Assembly: GCA_965153355.1 (NCBI GenBank)
Contig: OZ231126.1
Coordinates: 8,618,001-8,682,000, forward strand
Reading direction: 5' to 3'
Length of the DNA stretch: 64,000 nt
Source: Flaccisagitta enflata
Lineage: Eukaryota
Shown here: piece after piece, positions 39,750 through 56,265 of the stretch
Layout: each line of letters starts with the position of its first letter
Position numbering within the stretch: the stretch's first letter is position 1
Notes under the pieces: model-generated
Databases searched by the model: none
The model's input: the letters and a program-made list of their open reading frames with translations, nothing else
What the model was told of the DNA's origin: nothing
Made by a program: the position numbers and the translations under genes

Positions 39750-40466
39750 TATTGTTATTGTTGTTATTATTATACATTGTTTGTTGTTGTTGTTGTTGTT
39801 GACTTGTTTATTGTTATTTGTTATTGTTATTGTTATTCTTATTTTTAGTACAACATTGTTGTTGTTATTGTTGTTGTTGTTGTTGTTGTTATTTGTTGTT
39901 ATTCTTGTTTGTTGTTGTTATTTTTGCTGTTTCTGTTGCTGTTTTCATTGTGCATTGTTGTTGTTTGTTATTATTAACATTTGTTGTTGTTATTTATTTT
40001 GTTATTGTTGTTTGGAAGACTTTCAACCCATTCAATAAAAGCTATTTTCTTTTGAATTTGCGCTAAGCTTGTTGTTTTAAATCACACATATAGTGGTTTG
40101 TTTTTTAATATTGATAGGAGCCTTTCCATTTCATTTTCCAACCTATATAAGGAGAAGTTGATTAAATACTCATGAGCATTTAAAAGACTAGGAAGCGCTC
40201 TTGCTTTTAAATGTTGTATTAACGTGAGCATTACAGAGATCAATAGCATGGAGGTGTGACCTTGACCGGCTCAAAGGAGGACCCCATAGCTTTTCCACCT
40301 CTATAAAACCGATCTGGTTCATCATTGGAAACAGAAAAAGGAAAATGGTCTTTTTAGGAGCCATAGAGGTAACGCAGTTTTTTCCTCCCGTCTCAAACTT
40401 GCTTCTTCTAAGAGCCATTTGAACTCTTCCTTAATTCCAACCCCTTTGTCGATTTTAATCATTATT

Positions 40467-40526
<60 letters not shown>

Positions 40527-40548
40527 GTCATCATCATCATCATCATCG

Positions 40549-40593
<45 letters not shown>

Positions 40594-40706
40594 ATATCAT
40601 CATCTTCATCAAAAATATCATCATCATCATCATCATCATCATCACCATCACCATCACCATCATCATCATCGTCATCATCATTATCATCATCATCATCATC
40701 ATCATT

Positions 40707-40762
<56 letters not shown>

Positions 40763-40769
40763 TATCATT

Positions 40770-40808
<39 letters not shown>
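39750..40808. repeat. Degenerate (TTG)n at 39750-40010 and (CAT)n at 40469-40808
   Basis: Direct reading. Confidence 0.9.
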
Positions 40809-40809
<1 letters not shown>

Positions 40810-41460
40810 ATTTGCTTTTCTCTTTCCTCTCCTCTCTCGCCTTATCTCATCTCTTGCATCTTCTTTCTCATCCTTCTTTAATTCTTTTCTGTTGCCCTTT
40901 CACGCATTTGACTTGACACACATGCTTGTGCACACAAGCTTAAGCCCATGTGCACACAAACATCCTGGAGTATAGTTCTATAACAAGATGCGATCAGGTT
41001 GCCACTAAAATACCAATCCTCTTCCTGCTAATGGGGCAATTGGCGAAAACCGTTGAAATGAAAAAGTGTGTGCGAGTTTCTTCGTTTGTTCCTTTGACAA
41101 TTCAAAGGAAAACAAGGCCGGATACACGGCTACAATTTATGCGTCAATTCAGCTCCATAATGTTGACACATGAGTATTAAGCAGTATCGTGAAAAGTTGC
41201 CATGTTTCATTTGCCAGATTATGGCCAATGGATGTAATGGCTTTACTTAATCAGTAATTTACAAAAAAGAAATCAAAAGTAACCAGACATTCTACAAATG
41301 CATCAATTTGGGTGTTGACTGTGGTTAACCAATTCTACTTCAATTGCACTCAAGTGAAAAAGTGATGAAAAAAGATCCATAAATGATTGGTAAATGTAAT
41401 GATCCAATAATTGTTGGTGTGTGCGAAATAAAGCCATATACAAAGAAATTCATGAACATA

Positions 41461-42072
41461 CCGGGTGATCAGCCGGAACCGAGTAAATGTAGGGTGCCAT
41501 TACTCATAAACTACCAAAGTTAATTAGTTGGGAATAATCTAGAATTGATGGTAATTGCTGAACGTTTGCTTGTCCAAAGAGAAATTTCCCCATTATATTG
41601 AGAAACAACCTTCAAAGTTATATCTCAGTATCAGTCAATTCAAGAAAGTGTTGCAATTTTGCGCAGAATCCTTGTCCAATTTTAAATCATTTTGATTTGA
41701 CTAAAGACACATTAGGTAGAAATTTGCCGTTCTCATGATTTCTTTTCCAAACTGGATGAAAACCCCGTCATTTTGGTACAAAATATCGGATTACAGCCTT
41801 ACCTAATCAACCAATTCATAAAACACCATCGACATTAAGTAGATGGAAAAAATCGATCATCCAAATCATGCCAATTTTGGCGTCAATTCCATTTCTTTGA
41901 AAAAAGCGTTTACAGCTGTTACTTGCAAGCCTTTTGGACAACATTATCCATCTTTGGCTTTCAGTAAACATTCAGTTATTTTCTTTGTAATAAACCATTG
42001 CCCAAATTTCAATTATCAGTCGTTTAGTCTCAGCGCTCAAAGAGATTTACTCACTTCCGGCCGATCACCCGG
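41461..42072. mobile_element. TA-flanked mariner-type MITE
   Basis: TA|CCGGGTGATCAGCCGGAACCGAGTAAAT ... ATTTACTCACTTCCGGCCGATCACCCGG|TA. Confidence 0.85.
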
Positions 42073-42230
42073 TATCATACATATTACAGACCTTCTTTGG
42101 ATCCGGTGACTTCTTCATTTTTTCCCCAAAATGCGAAACATTTTCTTTGAGCAGAGAAAAACACGAATGTGGAATCTATCAGAGCATTTGATCTGACCTC
42201 CCAAACACTGTTTTGTTGAGGAGGGGATTC

Positions 42231-42437
42231 GCTCCAAGGTAGGCACAGTGGTATGATAGTGTTGAAACAACAACATCTGAGTGTTTGCTCCAAGGTAGGC
42301 ACAGAGGTATGATAATGTTGAAGCAACAACGCCTGAGTTATTGCTTCAAGAAAGGCACATTGATATGATAGTGTTGAAGCAACAACATCTGAGTGTCTGC
42401 TTCAAGAAAAGCACATCGATACAATATTGTTGAAGCT
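42231..42437. repeat. 56-bp minisatellite, about 3.7 copies
   Basis: GCTCCAAGGTAGGCACAG at 42231 and 42287; GTTGAAGCAACAAC recurs. Confidence 0.85.
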
Positions 42438-42977
42438 GCCCTGCTACCCCTCAACGTAAATCACATACTACTCAAGCAGGGTGCGGGTACCGCTGTCCAC
42501 TCACTGCCTTTAAGCTGCTATTATAAAGTATTCCGGTTGTTTATTGCTTCGAGCAATTCAAATTAGACTTACATTTGACTTTCCCTCCATTGAAATACTT
42601 TATTTTTCTTATTGAAAATGATCTAGTAAAATCTTAGGCATCGTCTTTCATGATGACAGACTTCAACAATAGAATTGAGTGTTGGTAAAAAGCCTAACAC
42701 CTTCCTGCAATGAATTTTGTGTCGGAGTAAAACCTTATTATGATAGGGTCAAAATAGTTATTCTTTTAAACTGCAATACATTTATTGCACTAAAAAAGAG
42801 AGAAAAATATCCGACCAGTGCCATAGCCCATAGTGCAAAAAGAAAGAAAGAAAGTTAGATTTGCCGCATTGCACAAAACAGCTCCAGGCTAAGTTCAAGT
42901 TTATATTTATTGTCTGGTCGAAAAACAAACATGCCCTCTCACTGAGAATCTGGGTATATATCGGGGAAACGGACAAG

Positions 42978-43203
42978 AGGTGCGTTACTACTCGCAGACA
43001 ACCGCAGTTGGAATAGGTCAATCGGTTGCACTTACACTGCTCATTTGCCTCACAGCAATCCGCTTTGTTCCCTCACTCTTTTCCCATACTCACTCATGTT
43101 GCTTACTCCTCTGCGGGACAGCGAAAATTCAAAATAAATGTTCACGCTGTAAACATGATTAACGACAATGATCCCGATCGCTTTCATCAGTAGTAACACG
43201 CCC
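42978..43203 (+). mobile_element. Harbinger-type MITE family B, strongly diverged
   Basis: GGTGCGTTACTA...GACAACCGC...TGTTCACGCTGTAAAC...TAGTAACACGCCC. Confidence 0.55.
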
Positions 43204-44137
43204 ACAAGGTTTTCCATTCATGATCCTTTATGATCTCTTTTATGGTGACTGAAAGAGTTATTAAGTAGAAAAATGAGACTGAAACTGCCTACGTGGTGTT
43301 CTAACAACCAGAAAAATTGGGGTTACGATGACGTCTTCGTTAGAGGGGCGTTGGGGGGAAAGGGTAAGGGGGGTAATGCGCGGTTTCAAAATACGTATCT
43401 CCAGCCTTACAGACCAACCAACCAACGAACTAACCAACTAACGGACAAAGCCTCTTATAATTTCGCGAATCCGCGGGATTAAAAAGACCAGACACTTGAA
43501 ATTTGCGGAATAACAACTGACGTCTGTGACGCTCTTTCGGAGGCCAAGATGTAAAATTCAAGATTGAAATGACAGTATTGGGAATTGAAGACTGTCCTTG
43601 AAAGTCTGAAAGAAGTCGGAAGTGGCCAGCACTCTCGACCGGGAAAAATATCAACTCCACTATCAAACATTCCACTTTTCTGTTGATTGAAACCAATTCC
43701 CTTTGGAAGAAGTATGTTCGATGTTTTCAACATCTGAAATAATGAACCTCACTCTTTTAGTTGTTTTATTCACTTTTGATTAATTTCTTTTCCTGCTTTG
43801 GCTTGTCAAAATACTTGTCTGAATGGGTTATCCAATAAGGATTCCAGTAGAGTATTTTTTTCTTTTCTCAGCTTAAGGAATGACAGACTTTTTTAGTATT
43901 AAATCAAAAAAAAAAAAAGATCTTGAAAAAAAAGTTGAATCTGGCTAAGACTAAGACAATATAAGCTTCATCTAAGCAACGAGTGTTCTGAGAATTCTCC
44001 TATGAACTATTGTCTGGTTTTTTTTTTGTTTTTTTTTTGGCTTGAGTAAAATGGTTTACCCACAACATCTACTAAAAGTGAAACAAGTATTTAACGCTGA
44101 ATCTCAATTTCTCGCTTACTGATGAAAACGAAAACGG

Positions 44138-44199
<62 letters not shown>

Positions 44200-44919
44200 A
44201 GTGATTAAGTCAGGAAAGGAGATTGAATTGAATGAAAAAGAAAATGGCGCCTAAAAATGCGTTGGCCGAGATTTATCCTTAAAGACTAAAGCGTTTTGTG
44301 CAGTCACAATGAACCACCTGATCCCAAACCAAATCACTTCCAATGCTTGGGCACCTTGCACAGTGCGCCGGGCAGGATACATCTTGCACAGTGCGCCGGG
44401 CAGGATGCCAAAATGATTCTTTTATGTCTTACGCCCACCAACTATCGTATCAATGTTGGACAAAATTACTACCCAACATTTTTAAAATCTGCAACATCTA
44501 AAATAAGGAGAAGAGCCTTTGGAGCTCTAACAGGTGTTTGATCCGGACCCATCATAACTATCCTTCAATTTTCTGAAAACATATTCCCTCTTCAGAAATC
44601 ATCACAAGACTGGTCAAAAGCTATGTAACCTATGTAAAAAGTCGCCAATTATGCGTGAACTAGCCACCATTACGGTTACTCATGGATCCAGGATAGCGGG
44701 GTTTAACAGTACCTGTCTTTTTAAGTCGGTATGCTCAATTGGAGGTAGTCTACTGAAGCCACTATCACCTTTGAGTGTTTGCACTCTTAATTTGCACTCT
44801 TAAATATTCATCTTAAAAGATCATGATTAATGTTATGATCATCTTACTGTGCAATTTGATACTGCTTAATCTCCTCTTTTTTTTATTCTCTCGTTTCTTT
44901 GTCTTTGTTTCTTTATTTT

Positions 44920-45554
<635 letters not shown>

Positions 45555-45810
45555 GCTAATTTGGTTTGGGATGCAATAGGCTTTGATTTGGTTGGGTTGC
45601 TTTTTTTGTTGTTTGGCGTCTCTTCATATCCTCTCTAAGCTTCTTTTAATCACGTCTTTTATCATTTGTAAATTCATGAATAATTAGATTGAGACCCCCA
45701 TGGCAACTGCAGTTGATCCTTGATCACCTCGGTTGGATACTTCCAATAAATTGAGGGGTATATCAAAACTCTTTTTTAACGATAGAGAAGGCAAAAGCAA
45801 AAGTGGAAAG

Positions 45811-46039
45811 TAACAAGGCCGGATACACGGCTACCCCAGTCACGTCCGGGTGGGCAGGGGCTGTAATTGAGGTCACCAGATCATCTGGGCAGGAGCAGTG
45901 AAGCCAAAAATCCCAAAAACCCAAAAAAAGTAAAGTGTGACGGACGGACCGACGGACTGACGGACGGACCGACGGACCGACGGACCGACTGACGGACCGT
46001 CAAAGCGAGGTGTAGAGTCCCGTAGCACGCGACTAAAAA
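45811..46039 (-). mobile_element. HINE family A
   Basis: AACAAGGCCGGATACACGGCTACCCCAGTC...(GGAC/CGAC)n...GTAGCACGCGACTAAAAA. Confidence 0.85.
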
Positions 46040-46869
46040 CAAAAGTAACAGCAAATGCAAACGTGGAATGAAAGTAGTTAAAACTGCCTAAGCATTGCCT
46101 CAAAGTGAATTGGTGGTAAATAGGGGGTAATAGGGGGGTGAAGTGTATTCATATTTCGTGTTGGTGGGATCTGCTGCAATGTGTGGGTGAATTGGTGGTG
46201 AATAGGGGGTGATAGGAGAGTAACGCGTATTTGTTTTTCATGGTGGTGGGATCTGGAGCAGTGTGGCCTCTTTATTCAAGATTGAGAATTGCATAGTAGG
46301 CTCACCCGCGTGTGTGTGCATCAGTCAGCAAATATATGTCCTTGGTGCATGTTTTGTTTCGTTCCAATTATTCTCTTTACACACTTTGTTGGTCTTGTTT
46401 ACGGTGGTTATTAAGCGGGATTTTGTCACGTCCTTTGGCCTTGATTATTTTCGTAGATTCGGGTTACCCTCTTATTCACTGAGAATGCTGCTGTTGCAGC
46501 GCTATTGCTGCTGTTGAAATGTTGCCGCTGTTGCTTCTCTCTACAACAACTAATTACATCATCAAATATTTGCTCACTCAGGATGCCGAGAAACATAAAT
46601 CACGTTTAGACATGCTTGAGGCGGAGATGAATCAAGCACGAGACACGAAACACACTTAATACGTGAGACACACAAGACACACGAAACATGCTAGACGTAG
46701 ACACACTATAGACACTTCAGACGCACGAGAACCCTAGACACACGAGACACGCTAGACACATGAGATAATTACAACTGACATGACACACATGATTGAAAGA
46801 TGAGACATAAACAAGACCGACGTGAACCACACTAAAAGTAAAACGCCAAAAAGAGATATTGTAAAAACT

Positions 46870-47105
46870 CGCTGTTGCTGACACTGTAAATATTTATAAG
46901 GCTTGCATAAGACACTGATGATCGGCTTGATCGCTGTCATTGGCGCTTTGATAGTCCAACAGCACCTGCCAATTACTGTCGCTGTTGCTGACACTAAATA
47001 TTCATGTCTTGCATAAGACACTAATGATCGGCTTGATCGCTGTCATTGGTGCTTTGATAGTCAAACAGCACCTGTCAAATACTGTCGCTGTTGCTGACAC
47101 TGTAA
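46870..47105. repeat. About 108-bp tandem duplication
   Basis: CGCTGTTGCTGACACT at about 46870, 46979 and 47086. Confidence 0.85.
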
Positions 47106-47203
47106 CAGTCCAACGAACACAGGTTAATTGCCCATCGCAATGTCAATGACCTGTAAATTGGGAAAAATAGAGAAAACCGTTTGCCTCTTACTAGTTCTTG
47201 ACA

Positions 47204-48239
<1,036 letters not shown>

Positions 48240-48585
48240 CTACCTACTCTTCTCTCGTCCCTCCCATTTTTTGGTTGGCTTTTGGCTTCTTTTTCTGAGA
48301 CACTTGCAACGCGACTCTACATAACATTTTGTTCGTCAGTTTATCTTTGGATCGGTCTACTTATCCGTCTTATCCTTCCATACTTCACGAATGTTTGTTC
48401 TTCACTTTTTCTTTAAAATTATTATGGTTATAAGAACTAATTTGATCGGTTATTTAAGTTGAATTCACACATGATAGTTAAGTCAATTAACTTAAGTGTA
48501 TTGTAAAATGGATCCATATATTTACAGATATGTAACAAAGTGTAAAAGTGCTATTATTGAGTATACATTAAGTTATCCTCTTACT

Positions 48586-49020
48586 TTTTAGGCACGGGGG
48601 ACGGCCCCAAAGGGTTGATGTCCTGTAGAACACAAGGGCTAAATTCGATACATCCACCTCCTCTATGCTTAGTGCACTAAAATGGCCTTGTGATACAGAA
48701 CAACAGGTTATCAGCCCCCTCAGGCCTGGAACAAGACCTCCAGGGTCATAAATCAGCTTTCTCAGCCTTGAAATAAGCTCCTCAAGGCTTGAAATCAACC
48801 CTTTCTGGCCTAAATGCGGGTCAAGTGTTTTACGGAAAATTAACCCTCTTTGACTGTTGCCTTGGCAACTAGTACCGCTGACCATATGCAATGCATGTAT
48901 GCCGCTTTATGAAGCAGGGCAACGAGTACCATCGACCATTGGCGATGCTTGTATGATTAGTTTGCCCCATCAATTGAGCAGGGCAACGAGTACCGTCGAC
49001 CATTTGCGATGCTTGTATCG
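48586..49020 (+). mobile_element. Family C element, degenerate, with duplicated tail
   Basis: GGCCCCAAAGGGTTGATGTCCTGTAGAACACAAGGG; GCAGGGCAACGAGTACC occurs twice. Confidence 0.55.
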
Positions 49021-49422
49021 CTAATTGTCCTTCTGTTTTCATCGTTTCAAACTTCTGACGCACGCGCTTTGTCCTTATAAACTTGTTCTCTTTTCACATT
49101 CTCGCTGTCAGCAATGGACCCAAAGAGAACAAGGTCGGACCTCTAACGGCTTTGCCTGTCAAGGTTGGTGTCAATTTGAATGACTTGTCTTGATGAGTTC
49201 AAGGTAAAAAAAAGTGCACTACTACCGTTTGTGGATACAACGAAACTGTGGTATAGAAATGTCGTACCTGTAGCCCTGTAACACATCTGTAATATTGAAT
49301 CTGTAAGTATAATATTTATAACACTTGTATGAGCTAATTTTGTCGTTAACGACCTGACAAAATATACATGGAAATTAAAAGCCCGAATTCCTAGGCTAAT
49401 TGCTGACCACTAAATAGGAGGA

Positions 49423-49635
49423 TTTTTAGTCGCAAACTACGCGGCTCTACACCCTGCTCTGTCCGTCTATTGGTTGATCTCGGTCGGTTGGTTGGTTGGT
49501 CCCCTTTTTACTTTTTATGGTGTTTTTGAGCGTTTTTTAGCTCACTGCTCCTGCCCAAAATACCCCAGTTACCTTCTCTATCACTGCTCTTGCCCATCCG
49601 CACGCGAATAGGGTAGCCGTGTATCCGACCTTGTT
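49423..49635 (+). mobile_element. HINE family A
   Basis: TTTTTAGTCGC...GCACGCGAATAGGGTAGCCGTGTATCCGACCTTGTT. Confidence 0.75.
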
Positions 49636-50281
49636 AATAAGGCAAAGGAATTTTATTGGGTAAAATTTTTTGAAATACGCTAGATGTGTAACATAATTAG
49701 TGGGCAAAAAGATTGTTTATGACTCTCTATGAAAGTAGAAACAACATTGCCTTTACAAAAGGAGGCCAGAAAAGGACGAAAGCCTTGCAAGCTTTCAATG
49801 GTGCTTAGTCCGGATTGCTGACAACTATCTTTTACTATTGACGAACAAAATGCTTACCTGGCAAAACTATCAGCTTGACTGCAATCACTGCATACCTATG
49901 GATCAATACCAATTATGATAGTTAGATAGGTACTTGTCTGGCCAGTTGAGGCGTCGGCTGCTGTTCCTTATGAGAGGGAAATTGTCTCAGAGCTTCAAAA
50001 AATCATATACATCGTAACATTGTTATAGATATTTCAGTTTCGTTATTTCGTCATTGCAGCTTTTTAACTCAACTATACTGTAGTATAGGATGGATGACAA
50101 TTAACGACTCTTGCCATGTCGCCATTTTCTCTGCTTGACGTTACCATGGCTCAGCGTGATATCACCATGACCTCTGCGTGACATCACCGTTGCTTTGCAT
50201 GACATCACCATTGCGCTGCATGACGTTATTTGCGAGGCACGAGGAAATGTTTCTCAATTTCTTGTTTTCTTTGTTACTGCC

Positions 50282-50485
50282 TTTTTAGTCGCCTGCTACG
50301 CGACTCTATGACCCGCCATGTCGGTCGTTCTGTCGGTCTGTTGGTCGGTCGGTCGCCGTTTGCTTTTCCTGCTTTTTGGGTGTCTTTTCGTTATTGCTCC
50401 TGCCCAAAGGCTTAAGTAAGCCTTTTCTAGCAATGCCCCTGCCCACCCCCACACGACTTCGGTAGCCATGTATCCGGCCTTGTTT
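50282..50485 (+). mobile_element. HINE family A
   Basis: TTTTTAGTCGCCTGCTACGCGACT...GGTAGCCATGTATCCGGCCTTGTTT. Confidence 0.8.
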
Positions 50486-50519
50486 CCCTTAACTCCACTT
50501 TGTTTCACTCATTTTTACT

Positions 50520-51433
<914 letters not shown>

Positions 51434-52003
51434 TTGTTGAATGTCCAATAGGGGGTTCAAGCTTTGAATTCGTGACTTAAAAGACCAACCATATTTTCCT
51501 CATGATTGTCCTAAAATCTTTAGGTTAAACCAAAGCGGGTCTTATCAAAACAAAGAGGTTGGACTCATGAGAAACAGGCCCAGATACACAACCACTTAAC
51601 CAATAATAACCAACACATACGGTTGGTCAGGGGCATCAATGCTTAGAAATCACTTACTTGGCTGATGCTACTTTATACAAAAAGAGAGTAATAGACAAGC
51701 CTACGGATTCAAGATACAAAACCTTATAAAAATGCCCAACAAGCAAAAACGATTTCTCATTTCATTTAGATGAAGGGCCAGATTTTTCTAGTTCAACCCG
51801 TTACGTTCTTGTCCAAAAAGTGAAAGGGATACAGACATTCTAGCCTTACAATTAATGGCCTAATGGGTCATCAGATTGTGGGACTGACGGACCATCAGGG
51901 GGAAGTAGACAGTCGAGTTGCGTGCACTACTTTAATTCTATCAACCAAGCTGTTTCCCGATTTATTGCTGATGGGAAACCCAGCAAATATTTATGATTGC
52001 TCA

Positions 52004-52687
52004 GAGTCAGGAGGAAACTAACTTGGGCGTCAGAGACTCGACAAGGCGAGGATGGAGAAGAAGAAGAGGAAGAAGAGAATGAAGAGGAGGAAGAAGAAGA
52101 AGAAGAAAAAGAAGAAGAAGAAGAAGAAGAAGAAGAAGAAGAAGAAGAAGAAGAAGAAGAAGAAGAAGAGTCAGGAGGAAACTAACTTGGGCGTCAGAGA
52201 CTCAACAAGGCGAGGATGGAGAAGAAGAAGAGGAAGAAGAAAATGAAGAGGAGGAAGAAGAAGAAGAAGAAAAAGAAGAAGAAGAAGAAGAAGAAGAAGC
52301 AGAAGAAGAAGAAGAAGAAGAAGAAGAAGAAGAAGAAGAAGAAGAAGAAGAAGAAGAAGAAGAAGAAGAAGAAGAAGAGTCAGGAGGAAACTAACTTGGG
52401 CGTCAGAGACTCAACAAGGCGAGGATGGAGAAGAAGAAGAGGAAGAAGAAAAAGAAGAAGAAGAAGAAGAAGAAGAAGAAGAAGAAGAAGAAGAAGAAGA
52501 AGAAGAAGAAGAAGAAGAAGAAGAAGAAGAAGAAGAAGAAGAAGAAGAAGAAGAAGAAGAAGAAGAAGGGGAAGAAGAAGAAGAAGAAGAAGAAGAAGAG
52601 TCAGGAGGAAACTAACTTGGGCGTCAGAGACTCAACAAGGCGAGGATGGAGATGAAGAAGAGGAAGAAGAAAATGAAGAAGAGGAGG
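52004..52687. repeat. Composite tandem repeat: four copies of a roughly 52-bp unique segment separated by variable (GAA)n
   Basis: GAGTCAGGAGGAAACTAACTTGGGCGTCAGAGACTC(G/A)ACAAGGCGAGGATGGAGA at about 52004, 52168, 52377 and 52597. Confidence 0.95.
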
Positions 52688-53410
52688 AACAGGCCGCTCA
52701 AGCGTCATTATGGTCAGCGGTTCCCGATGCCCCATTGATGTCATTTAGTATTATAGTGTTGGGGTAATGGGGCAGCGGCCCCGGAGGGGTCGATGACCTA
52801 TGATTCCACACAGGGCAATTTTGTTTTGGGAGGCATGATCTTGGCTCTGAGAGGTCTGATCTGGGGTCCATAAGGTCTGATCTGGGGTGTGAGAGGCCTG
52901 ATAAGAGGTCTGGGAGGCCTGAGTTAAGGCTTAAGAAGCCTGAAAAGAGGTCTGAGAGGCCTGATTTGGGGTCTGAGAGGCCTGATTTGGGATCTGAACA
53001 TGATTTAGGTTGAGAGGCTGATTTGGGTCTGGGAGGCCTGATTTTGGATCTGAGAGGCCTGATTTTGAATCAAGTGATGGGGGTCTGAGAGGCCTGATTT
53101 GAGAGTCTGAGAAGGCTTGATTTGGGGTCTAATAGGCCGGATTTGAGGTCTTAGAGGCCTGCTTTGAGGTCTGAGAGACCTGATTTGGGGTCTGAAGAGC
53201 CTGATTTGGGGTCTGGAAAGCCTGATTTGGGGTCTGAGAGGCCTGATTTGGGGTCTGAGGGGCCTGATTTGAGGTCTGAGAGGCCTGCTTTGAGGTCTGA
53301 GAGGCCTGATTTGGGGCTTGGGGGGGGGGGTGGACACTGACATTAGATCGGAAAAATTGCCCTGTGTGGAACCATAGGTCATCGATTCCTCCGGGGCCGC
53401 TGCCCAAAAA
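52688..53410 (-). mobile_element. Family C element, full length, with internal 21-bp minisatellite
   Basis: subTIRs GGGCAGCGGCCCCGGAGG...CACACAGGGCAATTT (about 52770) and AAATTGCCCTGTGTG...GGGGCCGCTGCCC-AAAAA (about 53353-53410); (GGTCTGAGAGGCCTGATTTGR)n inside. Confidence 0.8.
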
Positions 53411-53422
53411 GGGGAAGAAGAT

Positions 53423-54127
53423 GAACAGGTCGCCCGAGGGCAATATGTGGTCAGCGATACCCGTTGCCCTGCTTTGAGTGATTGTAAATTGGAGTGAGGG
53501 GAAGCAGGGCAGCGGCCCCAAAGGGGACGAAGTCCTGTAGAACACAGGGGGACTTTCATTCGTCCTGCCTGAAGAAGTGGATATGAGATGCTATAGAGGG
53601 CTTACTGAAGGCCTTCAAGGGCCTAAGCTGAGGTCTAAGAAGGCCTCAGAATGCCAATCGGAAGCTTAAGAGGGCTGACTTGAGGCTTGAGAGAGCTGGA
53701 TTAGGGCTTGAAAGGTCGGAGGACTGATTTGAAGCCTGAGAGCAATAAATTGAGGCTCAGATAGCTGATTTGAGGCCTGGAGTCCTAATTTGAGGCCTGA
53801 GAGGCCAGGTTTGAGGCCTGAGAATTTGGATTTGAGGCCTGAGAAACCTAATTTGAGGCATGAGAGACCAGGTTTGAGGCCTGAAAGGTTGGATTTTTGG
53901 CCTGAGAGGTTAGATTTGAGGCCTGAGAGGCCAGATTTGAGGCCTGAGAAGCTGGATTTGAGGCCTGAGAGGCTGAATTTGAGGCCTGAGAGGCCAGATT
54001 TGATGTCTCAGAGGCCAGATTTGAGGCCTGAGGGGCCTGATGAGGGGGGGACGAACGAACAAACGGACGAACGAAAGTCCCCTGTGTTCTACAGGACTTC
54101 GTCCCCTTCGGGGCCGCTGCACTAAAA
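53423..54127 (-). mobile_element. Family C element, full length, with internal 21-bp minisatellite
   Basis: Tail ATGTGGTCAGCGATACCCGTTGCCCTGC; subTIRs GGGCAGCGGCCCCAAAGGGGACGAAGTCCTGTAGAACACAGGGG and inverse at about 54078-54120; (ATTTGAGGCCTGAGAGGC..)n inside. Confidence 0.85.
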
Positions 54128-54683
<556 letters not shown>

Positions 54684-54728
54684 GACTTTTATTGTCAGTC
54701 CCAAATAATCGAAATGGGGAATGGGTCT

Positions 54729-54846
54729 GTATCTAGGAAACAAGATGTCCCCGCGTGGCTTTATGGGGCTGAAGCTTCCGAAAGCTGATCTAGTTACCCT
54801 TAGTAACAACATCATTTGTGAGGCTAATCTTGTTACCCTTGGCAAC
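54729..54846. promoter_or_regulatory. Cluster of RFX X-box-like motifs
   Basis: GTTACCCTTAGTAAC (54793), GTTACCCTTGGCAAC (54832) and weaker GTATCTAGGAAAC (54729); motif match only. Confidence 0.35.
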
Positions 54847-55828
54847 AACATCATTCATGAGGCAGGATTATTTTCGGGAGGGAAAAAGGTAGATGATGGA
54901 GAGTACAAAGAGAACAAAACAAAGAAGATTGCAACAGTGCTGTAAATACTGCATCATAAGAGGGGGGGGGGCATGTGTGGAAGTGTTCATTTTGAATATT
55001 ACAGGCCGATGCTGTGTGGCATATTACTTATTAGCAATTCTATCATTTATTAGCTATTTGCATATTATCAAATATCAGCAATACTACGTGGCAGACTTGC
55101 GCCAAAGTTCGGCAGATTTGGACGGGGGCTGATTGAGTGATAAAGGAAAAACGATAAAAAGAGAAAACAGAGAAAAAGTGTGAATAAGAGAAAAGAGAGA
55201 GTGAGAGAGTGTGAAAGGAAATGAAAGAAAGAGAGGAAGACAGAAAGAAGGGAAAACTTTCTGCAAATGTGAAAATTTGACAAATTTGCGGCAGATGATC
55301 CCAACTTCTCGAATCTCTAAATTGGTGGATGAAATCCTCATAAACATATGGCAGTTTTATGTTTCATACAAACCATTAAACTTTCTTAACCAAGAAAAGA
55401 AACATTCTCAGTGTCAAATAATGTTTGTATTTTATGACCATGAGAACACCCAATGGCAACAATTATAATCAATCATGATTGATTCAATTCTAGAATCTTT
55501 TCACTTTGCAACGAGATGGCGTTTCGTATGAAAAGTAACGTAAAAAGTTCATTATTCAGGCGGTAGTTAATGGGGTTCGTTGCCGTTGCAAGGCTCTTTC
55601 AGATCCTGACCCTTTGGTTCTACATAGGCCTCTGTGATGGCAGAAAGTCACAAAGGCAGAAACCTGATAGACAGACAGGCAGACTTTCTGTCTGTCTGTC
55701 TGTCTATCTATCTGTCAATCAATCGTATCTCAGTTACCATTGTGTCCCTAAGTTGATAGTGTCGTTGACACTCATCTATAATGACAGTTGGAAAAGAGAA
55801 AGTTTTTCTTCCTCGACAATTTCTCACT

Positions 55829-56018
<190 letters not shown>

Positions 56019-56114
56019 ATTTGCTACGCAACCTGAGCCCCAGCTGAGTTCCCCTGTGGAGTTGAGTGACGGCTTACAACATCGTGGGAAATTGACATTG
56101 GAGTTTGCACCATG

Positions 56115-56265
56115 AATGTCAGATGCAAAGACGTCAGAATACATGCCGTGACGTCATGTCAGACAGTAATGATGTCAGATTATACAGGCCGTGACGTCAT
56201 GTCAGACTGTAGTGATGTCAGACTATACAGGCCGTCGCCGTGACGTCAGACTGTAATGACGTTTG
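56115..56265. repeat. About 43-bp minisatellite carrying TGACGTCA palindromes
   Basis: TGACGTCA at 56149, 56192 and 56241. Confidence 0.8.

Noticed and set aside
53005..54125. RPQIRPL / RPERLDL heptad-repeat ORFs (also 60452-60971)
   Set aside because: Translations of the 21-bp minisatellite inside family C elements, open on both strands.
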